DNA of 64,000 nucleotides from Piromyces finnis finn (taxonomy: Eukaryota > Fungi > Neocallimastigomycota): NCBI GenBank assembly GCA_002104945.1, contig MCFH01000004.1, positions 434,001 to 498,000 on the forward strand. Direction: 5' to 3'. A model generated the notes under the pieces. It was given only the letters and a program-made list of their open reading frames with translations, was not told the origin of the DNA and did no database searches. A program made the position numbers and the translations under genes. Below are positions 48,365 to 59,572 of the stretch, one piece after another; within the stretch, counting starts at the first letter, position 1; the number at the start of each line of letters is the position of its first letter.

Positions 48365-50150
48365 GTGGATGAAGATCAATATCCATCCATTTATCAAGAG
48401 TTAAAATGTTTTTTAATGGAAAAGGGATTAATGAAAGGAGAAATGGATGAAAAAGTTTTGCAATTCGATTTAAATGAATTAATTTATCGTTGTTTTGATA
48501 TCCTACCAGAAAATTTAATTAATATGGCAAAAATTTATACTATTAAAATGTGTTATCATTCGCATAAAGAAAATCTCAATAAGATTATTATTATTAATTG
48601 TTATATTATTTTCCAACTTTGTTGTTTAGTGTACAATAATCATTGATATAAATTTGAATACCCTAGACATGGCTGGACAAAAATATCCGAATTAGAAATT
48701 GTTCAAGACATTAATATATTTTTTGGTATGCGTTTGGAAAGTCTTTGTGAGCAATTAAAAGTCTCATTAGATAATTTTCCCTTTAATATATCTGAATATC
48801 TCTGTTCCAATTTTGTAGGAGCTAAAGATATTGAACAGGTAAATTGAGTATTGAGTGTTATACCTTAAAGATTTCAAAGATAATGTTGATAAGAGTCCGG
48901 TTTTACGATGTAATGATTGTGTCTATAATTTCAGACTGCGAAAAACAAGATCTGGTAGACCAAGTGATTTTTGTGTAAAAGGGACCGGTTATGACTTTTA
49001 TTCTGAAGAGAATAATGAATAAACGAGAGGGTTAGTGATGCAATTCTTTCAAGACGTATTTATTGATGAAGAATTTATCACCTATGTCTTTAAAGTTTTA
49101 GCTTCCACACTAACCCTTGGTAATAAATTATGTTCCTTTCTTTTCTTCATTGGTAGTGGTAGTAATGGTAAAACCACTCTAAGTAATATGCTAAAATATG
49201 CTTTAGGGGATTATACGGCTACGCCTAATGTTTCCTTATTTCTAAGCCAATCTGTGACAGCAGATAAACCCAATCCACATATGTATGAGTTGAATAATGC
49301 CCGTATAGCAATATGTGAAGAACCTGATGTTAAATCCGTGACCATTACTGGTGATGCCAAAGCTATTACAGGAAATGTTGGTATTTTACGAACGAGAATT
49401 CTTTATCAAAATTTAGAATCCATCTATGTTGATCTTCTTCCAATCATTAATACGAATTACAAGTTAACCATTACCAATATTGATACTGCTTTGATAGATC
49501 GAATTATTGCCATTCCTTTTCTTCAACGATTTCTTCCAAAGCATCAAAAAGAACGAGAAGAAAAAGCGGGGGATACACATGTTAAGATAAAAATGGTTCA
49601 ACCTCTATGGCAAGGAAGACATCTACAACGACTTGCACCTGCTTTTATGCATCTTCTTCTTGACTATTATCAAGAGGATTATACAAAGGTAGGCATGCCA
49701 GTAATCGTACGAAAGCATGCCAAAGATTTTATTTTACGATGTGATCATGTTGGACGTTTTATTAAGTCAAAGTTAGAGGATGTTTATGGGGAAGAAAATA
49801 CAATTCTTTATGATAATTATCAAAAACATGAAGAAAAATCCGTCATTCATGATGGTGAAGATACAACTATTAAAGAAGTAAATGATGATACCATCCATAA
49901 TAACACATCAATTTCTGATCCATTTTTGAAATTAGATCAACTCAAAAATATTAGTAATGTTTTGATATTAAAGTTGGAAGATGTGTATGGTGTATGGTTT
50001 CTATCGAAAGTAGTATCGAGCTTATGTAACCACACGTACGCTTAACTATACTATTACGGAATTTCGTTTAGATTTAATCAAATATAAGGTACGATTAAGA
50101 AAAGGTCATCAATTACAAGGTTTAACTTCTCCAGAGGATGATTATTTAGT
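48365..50150 (+). pseudogene. Decayed D5-like primase-helicase (SF3) of NCLDV/Polinton/virophage type, an endogenous viral element
   Basis: ORF 49035..50045 has Walker A GSGSNGKTT, LGDY, Walker B IAICEE, ITG, motif C IINTN and the Arg finger DRIIAIPF. The interrupted upstream frame ~48880-49010 reads LRCNDCVYNFRLRKTRSGRPSDFCVKGTGYDF, which is D5_N-like. Stops and frameshifts occur between 48646 and 49035. Confidence 0.85.
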
Positions 50151-50199
50151 AGGTAAGACTTAAAAAAAAAACCTATTTATTTAATACTAATAATAATAT

Positions 50200-50235
<36 letters not shown>

Positions 50236-50373
50236 AATATATACTATTATATTATTATGAATATATATCTCTCTTTCAGAAATCTAGGATAAACATTAAT
50301 TTATATATTAATGCTTAATGAGATTTTATTATAAAATAAACTAATGTTGTATCTAATACATAATTTCAATAGT

Positions 50374-50545
50374 TTTTAATATTTGTAAATATCTATCTCT
50401 ATATTTATACATTTATTCAACTTTGTTATTTTAATATTTGTAAATATCTATCTCTATATTTATACATTTATTCAACTTTGTTATTTTAATATTTGTAAAT
50501 ATCTATCTCTATATTTATACATTTATTCAACTTTGTTATTTTAAT
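50374..50545. repeat. Perfect tandem repeat, 3 x 55 bp
   Basis: aatatttgtaaatatctatctc starts at 50378, 50433 and 50488. Confidence 0.95.
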
Positions 50546-52812
50546 AAAGGTAAAAGACTTTTTTTTTTTTCTTACATTGGAAGCATGTAACCAAAAAAAT
50601 ACCACCACCTGCGATGATGGTGACATTTAAAAAATCTTTTTTTTTTTTTTAAATTTTAATCGTAAACAAATTTATATTAAAAAATTTTTAAAGTTTTTTT
50701 TTTACCATCCTTTTTTTTTTGGAGATGGTCAGTAATGAAGAAACCCATCATCATTGTCATCAGCAGCATCATTGCTATCCTTACATTAATACGACCTTAA
50801 AATGTAGAATTAATTTCAAAAAGAGCAAAGAAATACTTTTTAATTACAACTAACAAACAAGCAAATAAAAAGAATCAGTTTTTATATGTGTATATGTCAA
50901 CTTTTTTTTTAATAAGTTAATTGACATCTATTTTCTCTTTTTTTTTTTTTTTTTTTTTAAAAAAAGGTGACTAAATAATAATAACAAGCTAGTCATTGTT
51001 ATTTTTATTCAAATCTTTTTAATCCTTTCTATTATTATTTTTTTTTTTTTTTCTTTTCTTTCTTTTCATACATAAAAGTGACAACAAATCTCCTCCCTTA
51101 TTTAAAATTGTGTGAAACAAATCTCCTTTTTTTTTAATTTTCAGTTCATCTGTCACTTTTTTAAAAACATAAATTTATGTTTTCATCCCATTATTTAATA
51201 TAACCACATGTAGTTCACATGTCTATACTATCACTGTCAATTCTGTGTAACAATAAAAAGGTTAAATTTAAAAAATCAATCAATCATTTTGCAAAATCAG
51301 ATTAAATACACCAATAATATTATTTTCGATCCATTAGCCTATCAAATGAAATGAAATGTATTAAAACAAAAATGGATTATATACTAGATTAAACTTTTAA
51401 TCTATATTGCCATATATTATACCATATATTATTTTATGAACTAAATCCTTTTTTTAAAAATTTTCATATTGACTGGAATCAATAAAAAATAAGGATAAAA
51501 TGATTTGTATATTAACAATATAATTTAATATATGAAATATAAATATTGTTGATGAAAAGATGTTACAAAAAAAGAATGAATGAATAAATAAATATTTAAA
51601 TAAATAGTAATAGATATATGAATGAATGATAACTATGAATTTAAATAAATTATTAATTTTTTTTTTTTTAAAGTCTTCTTTTAAACCATGTTAGAGGGGG
51701 AGGGATCTTCATAGACAGTCTTTTAATGTATTATTTGGTGGTGTTAGGTGTCGAGAGTTGAGCGATTATAAAAGAAATCCTCATTATCCCTACGATAATA
51801 AAAGTTTAATTATCTATTAGAGATAAAGATTTTATCGGTACAAAGGATAATTGATATTTTAATCAATTTTTTTTGTATGTGATAAAATTCTTATGGTTTG
51901 ATTAGAAATAACCAGAATCTTAAAAAGAGTTACCACAAAAGTCTGGTAGTCTGATAATTCTCTAATTATTATCTCTCTTTTACTATTAATACACAAAGAG
52001 TAGGATTAAAATAAATGGATTCCTTTTTTTTTTTTTTTATTATAATCAACAATAACAACAATGTATTTTTTTTTTTTACTATTCTTCTTTCATTACTATG
52101 CTTATGTTTATTACCACCACCACCCTATAGGCTTATTATAGGCCTGCTATTCCCTTTTTTAACCTCCCTTTTTTTTTTCTTTTAATTTGTTTTTTTTTTT
52201 TAAATTAAAAATTAAAGTTTATCTGTAATATATTATAAATCAAATATAAATAAATTAAAAATATATGATCAAATATATTAAAAAGAATAAAATCTATTGA
52301 TTCAAATTATTTTTAATATATGAGAAAAGTTTTGAATTTTTTTTTTTTTTTTTTTTTTTTTGAATATAAAAATTTGAAGAGAAAACGTTTTTTCAAATTT
52401 TTTCTTTCTTCTTTTTTTTTTTAATAAAGAAGGAAAAAAAAAAAGGAAGTCTTCCTACCACCTAAAAGAAAATAAAATTTAAAAGTCAAATTTATTTTCT
52501 TTAATAATAAAAAAAACTTTTGAATTATTTCATTTTTATTTTTTTTATTCAATCTAATTTATTTATTTATTAATATTTAATTTATAATCAATTCCTTAAA
52601 AAAAAAAAAGGTAAATATTGAAAAGTAAACTATAAAAGAAATCATTATACCCTTTTTTGTAGTTTAGGAAAAAAAAAAACTTAAGTTTACTTAATATGAG
52701 ATATTAACATATTTTATGTTATCATATTATAGGAAATAAAAAACAATAAAAAAATACAATAATACAAATAATTATTTTATCATAGAATTAAATTAAAAAT
52801 AATATATCAAAA

Positions 52813-54270
52813 ATGATTTCTTCAATAAATTTAACTAATGCTATCGCCAAAAACGTTACAAAGGCTGTTGGTCTTAGACCACTTATTGGTTCAGTCAGTC
52901 AATTAGCTAGAGTTAACAATCAATTAAATACTATCAATAGATCATTTGCTTCAGTTTCTGTTAACCCAATTGGTATTAACAAAAACCAAAAGAACGTTCA
53001 AGCTAATGTTTTCAAGAACCAAGCTAAAACTCCATCCCAACTTAACAAACAACCACCAAGAATTCCAGCTACTTTCACTTTAAAGACTGGTCAATCTTTC
53101 AAGGGTACTTCATTTGGTGCTCCACTTACTGAAAGTGTTTCTGGTGAAGTTGTATTCACTACCTCTTTAGTTGGTTACCCAGAATCTATGACTGATCCTT
53201 CTTACAAGGGTCAAATTTTAGTTTTTACCCAACCACTTATTGGTAATTATGGTATCCCAGCTCAAGAAATGGATGAATTCGGTTTATTCAAGCATTTTGA
53301 AAGTAATGATATTCACGTAAAGGCTATTATTGTCTGTGATTACGCTAAAAAATACTCACACTGGAGAGCTGTTGAAAGTTTAGGTGAATGGTGCGCTAGA
53401 CATAACATTCCAGCTATTGAAGGTGTTGATACCAGAGCTGTTGTTACTATTTTAAGAGAACAAGGTTCTACTCTTGGTGAAATTTTAATTGGTGATGCCA
53501 AACCAGCCAAGGAATTAGAAGATCCAAACAAAAGAAACTTAGTCGCTGAAGTTTCTGTTAAGCAAAAGCAAATCTACAACAAGGGTGCTGAATTTAAGAT
53601 TGCTCTTATTGATTGTGGTGCTAAACAAAATATTATCAGATGCTTATGTAAGAGAGGTGCTGAAGTTCATCTTGTTCCATGGGATCACGATTTCTCAAAG
53701 GATATCACTAAATACAATGGTTACTTCATCTCAAATGGTCCAGGTAACCCAGACTATTGTGATAAGACCATTGAAAATTTAAGATACTTACTTGTTCGTG
53801 AATCAGCTAAGGCTGTCCCAACTCCAATCTTTGGTATTTGTATGGGTAATTTATTATTAGCTTCTGCTGCTGGTTTTGAAACTTACAAATTACCATACGG
53901 TAACAGAGGTCACAACCAACCAGCTATCAACTTAAAGACCAACCAATGTGTCATTACTTCTCAAAATCACGGTTTTGCTATTCGTGATTCTGAAGACAAG
54001 ATGGTTCAAGGATGGGAAAAATACTTTGTTAATGCTAACGATGGTTCCAATGAAGGTATTCGTCACAAGACTCTTCCATTTGCTTCTGTCCAATACCACC
54101 CAGAAGCTAAGGCTGGTCCACATGATACTGAATACTTATTCGATGAATACATGGAAACTGTTAGAGAATACAATAACCTTAAACAACAACAAGAAACTGC
54201 TCAAGCCGATAAGAATGTTTCAGTTCAAAATCCATCTAAAAAGATTAATGTTACCGTTACTTCATCATAA
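52813..54270 (+). CDS. CPA1: Carbamoyl-phosphate synthase small (glutaminase) subunit, arginine-specific type, with N-terminal presequence
   Basis: Motifs GEVVFTTSLVGYPESMTDPSYKGQIL, SNGPGNP, nucleophile GICMG, KLPYGNRGHNQP, TSQNHGFA and QYHPE. About 75 extra N-terminal residues are basic/hydroxylated, lack acidic residues and contain RSF-A. Confidence 0.95.
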   Translation: MISSINLTNAIAKNVTKAVGLRPLIGSVSQLARVNNQLNTINRSFASVSVNPIGINKNQKNVQANVFKNQAKTPSQLNKQPPRIPATFTLKTGQSFKGTSFGAPLTESVSGEVVFTTSLVGYPESMTDPSYKGQILVFTQPLIGNYGIPAQEMDEFGLFKHFESNDIHVKAIIVCDYAKKYSHWRAVESLGEWCARHNIPAIEGVDTRAVVTILREQGSTLGEILIGDAKPAKELEDPNKRNLVAEVSVKQKQIYNKGAEFKIALIDCGAKQNIIRCLCKRGAEVHLVPWDHDFSKDITKYNGYFISNGPGNPDYCDKTIENLRYLLVRESAKAVPTPIFGICMGNLLLASAAGFETYKLPYGNRGHNQPAINLKTNQCVITSQNHGFAIRDSEDKMVQGWEKYFVNANDGSNEGIRHKTLPFASVQYHPEAKAGPHDTEYLFDEYMETVREYNNLKQQQETAQADKNVSVQNPSKKINVTVTSS

Positions 54271-55249
54271 ATTAATCACATAAATTTTCGTCGCGAACAC
54301 CACTAGAATAACAAAACTTAATAATAGAAAGTATTATTATATATATATTTATTTTGGGGATGGTGGTGATTCATATCCGTAGTATAATATATAATCATAA
54401 ATATTTAATCTCACTTTTTTTTTTTATTTATCAAGAAAAAATTTTTTTATTTTAGAAGTATAATTTTAAGAACAATATTTATTTTTTTATATACCAAATT
54501 ATATACAAGAAACTTTTTAATCATTCATATTTTTAAGTTAAAAAAAAGTCTTTTTTTTAAGTGAAAAAGAAAAAGGAAAAAAAAAAAGAAAATGGAAAAA
54601 TTTATGTTTTTTTTTATTTTCCTTTGCTCAAGAAAAAAAGTATTTGGGAACAAGTAAAAAAAATTGATTAATAAGGGTGTTTAGTTTTAAAAGTCGTCAG
54701 TTTAAAAAAAACATGGATTTAAAAAATCAAAAAAAAAAAAAAAAAAAAAATTGAAAAAAAATGAAAAAAAAAAAAACCTTACATTTTTAATCATACCAAA
54801 AAAAATTAACAATAAAATAATAATAATCATTATTTATTTTTTTTTTAAAAATGTAGAACATCTTTTAGTATATTTTATTATAAAAATAAAGAATAATAAA
54901 ATTATTTTTTTTTAAAAAAGTTTTTGTTTTATAATTGAAAAAAGGCACGGGTAGAAGGAGTCATCATTCTCATGATGTGGTGTGTAAAGTATATCATTTT
55001 TTAAAAAACAATTTTATTTTTATAAAATGTGAAACTAAATCTTTTTTTATTTTATATTCCTTTTTTAAATTCCTTTTTTTTTTTTTTTTTTATTTCGTTT
55101 CTTTCAGGAAATAATTTAGTGATGTGCTTCATTGAAAAGGTAAGTTTATTTTTTTTTTTTTTTAAAAAAAAACTATTATATTTAAAAAAAAAAAAAAAAT
55201 TATTAACCTCTTTGGGTGTTATACATCCGTAAATTACTTTTATCCAATA

Positions 55250-55708
55250 AAAAGGAATTGATGATGATAATACTAGGGATTCTCCTTTAGGAAATTCAAT
55301 TAAAGCCCAATACTAGGATGACAATAAATTTATTGTAAAACTCAAGATTTTATTAAATTATGCCATGAGTACCCAGAGTTTGCCTATGATTGATTTCTAT
55401 TGGCTATTGAAAGCAAGAAGCAGATACAAGTTTAGAGGGCTAAAGTTGCAAAAGATGCTACATTTGTTGAATCAGTTTGTCGTAACTACTATCCATGTTA
55501 CAGGTGTGGGGGATCAAAGTATTAAACATTGATTATTAGATTGTCCAACTTTTTTTTTTTTTTTTTGGATATCCGTAGTTGTATAGTCCAACTATTTCAT
55601 TTCATCCGTCCTATCAATAATAATGAAAATGTTAATATCAGTAGAGATAATAATAATATTAATAGTAATAGTAACAATAGTAATAATAATAACAACAACA
55701 ACAACAAC

Positions 55709-55760
<52 letters not shown>

Positions 55761-56220
55761 GTAGAAGTAGTAGTAGTAGCAGCAGTAGTAGAAGTAATAG
55801 CAATAGTGAAGATAATAATTCTAATTTAGATAGTAATTTAATGAATAAAATAGTAATAATTTTAATCACCCGGTGAATATTAATGAGTATGATTATTTTA
55901 GTGTATATGCAATAAAATACTTAAATTCCTTCTTGGGAGAAAAAGTTTTAACAACGTCAATTCCAATTCAAGGGAACGGAGAAAGAACTTTGCAAGTGTC
56001 AGGTTTGATCGGGTACTTTTGAAGGAACACCATTCTTGGCGGTAACAACAGAACTTCTAACCAAAATTATGTCATTTGTTATGGACCAGCAATGGTCAAG
56101 GTTCAAAAGGTTTGAAGCAACATCCAAGAGCGTCAATGCTGAAGAAACAGTAAGACAGGCCAGGAGGGGATAATTTTATTCCATGACAAAGTTTTTGATC
56201 TTTGACTTGGTGTCCCATTG
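55250..56220 (+). mobile_element. Decayed retroelement with a gag/ORF1-type CCHC zinc knuckle
   Basis: 55494-55550 reads PCYRCGGSK..(frameshift)H*LLDCP. An AAT-rich linker and a GC-richer block follow. That block is homologous to 42760-43080 and, over ~45 bp, to the poly(A) retroposon at 36733-36775. Confidence 0.55.
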
Positions 56221-57258
56221 GATGTCAACTACAATTATTATACTTTTAATAGTGGCTTTCTTACTACAATTAAAATGACTCGAATACATTATAACCCAAT
56301 TTATATTCATTTGTGTTTATTTAAACCTATTTTTTTAATTTTTATTTTATTTTTTTTTTTACTTTTTTTTTTTTATTTTATTTTTTATAACATATATTAT
56401 AATTTTAATTAAATTAATAAAATTTAAAAATAGTTGATGCCGTTAAAATAAAAAAAAAATGAAAAGGAATTTATGATGATACTAGGAATCATTTAATTAT
56501 TATTATTATTATTTTTTTTTTTGGTTTAGTTAAACCATCCATTGATTTATAATCGTTAGTGTCTACTAAAGAAAATTGACCCATCCTTCGATAAGAAAAA
56601 ATGGAAACCTTTGATATCCTTTGTGACTACTAGGAAGATAATTATTATTATTTTTTATCCCACTTTATACACTTTATAATATTTAAGGTATTATTATTAC
56701 AATATACTGATATAATAGTGTAATAATCATTCTTCTTTTTAATATACCATTGATTTTTAAAACTTTTTTATACACTTTGAAGAAATTCTTATTTTATCAG
56801 TTTTTGGTTCACGTTGAAGACATATTTTTATTATTTCCATCTCTTTTAAAATAATCACCCAAACCAAGCCCTCACCAACATCTACAATAGTATCACCAAT
56901 CGCTGGAATTTGAGAAACATAATATTTAGCATCTACAGAAAATCCTTCCCATCCATTTACTTTAACATTATATTTTGTTAAATTTGGTTCTTTAGGATTA
57001 TTACTTTGATAAATTTTTACGTACAACATCTTTACTTGGAAAATCTAAAATCAATCAACTATTATTATCGAATAAAAATTTAGTTAATCTGGTATTTACA
57101 TAATCTGATGATTCTTCTATATTAGAATCAAAATGATAATCATTAACTGTTTTTTTACCATCTACTCTTGCTACATTTATAAAATTGAAATTATTATATG
57201 GAATTGTTTCAGTTATTTTTTTGTGATAAATCTACACCTTTAATACTATTTGCTAAAC

Positions 57259-57444
57259 CATCTTGTGTAAATTTCCATTTTTCAGTTCCATATAAATCTA
57301 AATTATAAGCACCTTGAATACATCTTGTGTAAATTTCCATTTTTCAGTTCCATATAAATCTAAATTATAAGCACCTTGAATACATCTTGTGTAAATTTCC
57401 ATTTTTCAGTTCCATATAAATCTAAATTATAAGCACCTTGAATA
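57259..57444. repeat. Perfect tandem repeat, 3 x 62 bp, inside the minus-strand pseudogene
   Basis: catcttgtgtaaatttcc starts at 57259, 57321 and 57383. Confidence 0.95.
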
Positions 57445-57540
57445 CGATAAGTTTTATTAGTTTTTTTCGTTCAAAATAGGATTACATGTTAAATCATTAG
57501 TAGGGTATTTTCTACAACTTCCTATATTAGTATAAATCCT

Positions 57541-57616
57541 AGATTTTTGGCCATTTTAGCCAGACTTTTTAGCCAGACAAAATCTGACCTTAGCCAGGAT
57601 TTTAGCCAGACTTTTT
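57541..57616. mobile_element. Cluster of TTAGCCAG(A) motifs resembling DNA-transposon subterminal repeats
   Basis: Four copies of ttagccag lie within 75 bp and interrupt the pseudogene frame. Related motifs occur at 24345-24520. Confidence 0.4.
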
Positions 57617-58145
57617 ATTGGTAAATAAATCCCCAATCTTTCGTTCATCTATTACATCAGTAAAATGTAGATATCTATAACCATGTCTTATACTTAAACA
57701 AGGAATAGTATCTATACCAGGTATAGGTTTATTACCATGAAAAAGATACAATCATTCTTTTTCGTCATCATTCGTTGAAAGTCTTCCACCAAGATATCTG
57801 TTTCCTAAATATAATTGTTTTGTAATGTCTAAATTTTGAGTTTGTGGAAATGTAGCTTGAGTTCCATAAAGTGGACTATAATACATGGAATTAAGAATTC
57901 TATAATGTATTAATTTTTCTATATCATACGTTCCACTATCATGAAATATTGATTTCATAAAGATATGTACTATTGGATATAAAATTCATTCAATGAGCAT
58001 CAATATCAATATCATCCGCCGCCGCATTACTATTAATAAAAATACAAGCAATAATAAAAATTTCATTGGTAAATATTTATTATTTTATGCAAATATTATA
58101 TAGAATGATTTTTAATTCATGGAAAAAAAAAAACAAAAAAACAAA

Positions 58146-58906
58146 ATGTATGCTAAAAATATATTAATATTTATATGTATTATTCTATGTAATAGTAAAA
58201 TTAATACATATGAAATTCTAACCAAGGATGAAGTATTCAATATAACTAATAAATAAATATTATATTAGTTTTTATTGTAAAAATAAAATATGTGTTTCAA
58301 CAGATTATCAGTATAGTGATCATACTATTGAAATTCCCGATAAAAATGGTGAAGTAAAACAATACATTACAGATACATGTACATATGATGATATTAAAAT
58401 AAATAAATGTCATTTTCCAAAAAGTTGTACTATTGACTCAGAATGTTTATATAATAAGTGTTTTAATAATTTTTGTGTTTTTACTAACACTACATCAATA
58501 ATTCATTGTGATGATATCTAATACATCATCTATATTATTTAACGATAATAGTTCATATATGTATTGTGGTAAACCGTATGGTGAAGCATGTATTAACAAT
58601 GAAGAATGTTCTTCTATGAAATGTTATGAAAATCATTGTGCAATGCAATCTGATGGTCTCTCTGATAGTGATAGTGTAAAAGGATTAGCAGCAGCAGTTT
58701 TTTTAATGTTTATAATTATAATGATTGTAATAGGCATTTGTTTTAAATTTTATTATATTAAATATAAAAAAAGTATAATTTATTTCATTTGTTTTTTAGA
58801 TATTAATAATTATTCCCATTCAAAATCTAATTTGCATTGTGATAAATTAAATAGTGAAGAAGTTCATAAAATAATAAAAGTGATGATAATTAAATTGAAG
58901 AATTAA
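58146..58906 (+). pseudogene. Cys-rich single-pass membrane protein (Dickkopf-N-like family common in gut fungi), frameshifted
   Basis: Signal-like N-terminus, CTIDSECLYNKCFNNFC, HCDDI, SSYMYCGKPYGEACINNEECSSMKCYENHC and a TM segment (AAAVFLMFIIIMIVIGIC). The frame is broken by an extra AAAT near 58250 and an extra A near 58520. Confidence 0.7.
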
Positions 58907-59538
58907 AATAATATAGAAATATTTTAATTATTTAATATTATTTTTAAAAGCTGTAAACATAAAATATAGTAAAGTACTCTAGATAACTTAAATCAGAGCA
59001 ATTTAAGTAACAATCCCAATAGAAATAGATTTAAATAATGAAATTTTATGTCAAGTCCATAGAATAATTGAAGTAGTAAAACTTTTTTACGATTTAAATT
59101 TATTTAAATGAACATTTATAGTTATCAATATATATTCATTAAAAAAATTATCAATGAAAATGTAATTGTCATTATGTAATTGCTTTTATCAAAAGAATAA
59201 ATTATTATCAATACTTTAATAAAAGTTGTATTGAAGCCTATAACTATAATCAGGAGTTAACTATAAACTTTCAATTGTTTGATTTGATGTTGTATGAAAA
59301 TGCTTTATATCCTTATATATATATCAATGAAAATGAAAATATAATAAAAAATCAAGAAAAATTAGTATATACGATGAATAGCTCTAATCCGTCATTAAGT
59401 ATGAAGCTTTATAACCGCCGGTATAAACAATTTACAGAAACTATTGAATTTCAGGTTTTGGATTGGTGTAAGGTATATGACTGTTAAAAAAGTATTAATA
59501 TATCTTTATTATATATTGATTTTCATATAAATAATAAT

Positions 59539-59572
<34 letters not shown>

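Larger units (their letters stand above)
56757..58066 (-). pseudogene. Fragmented gene of unknown family (signal peptide, Cys-containing body, hydrophobic C-terminal segment)
   Basis: Coding-like frames can be chained: MKFLLLLVF, ORF 57752..57958, LYLFHGNKPIPGIDTIPCLSIRHGYRYLHF, GSCRKYPTNDLTCNPIL, YRIQGAYNLDLYGTEKWKFTQDG, ORF 56757..57029. They are broken by TGA stops, homopolymer frameshifts and insertions. Confidence 0.55.

Noticed and set aside
52300-52812. Arginine attenuator peptide uORF expected upstream of fungal CPA1
   Set aside because: I found no DY(I/L)SDH(I/L)W-like peptide in any frame by eye. A version split by 5'-leader introns cannot be excluded without cDNA.
50374-57444. 55-bp and 62-bp triplicate repeats as CRISPR-like arrays
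   Set aside because: The repeats are contiguous with no spacers, no cas genes are present, and the context is eukaryotic.
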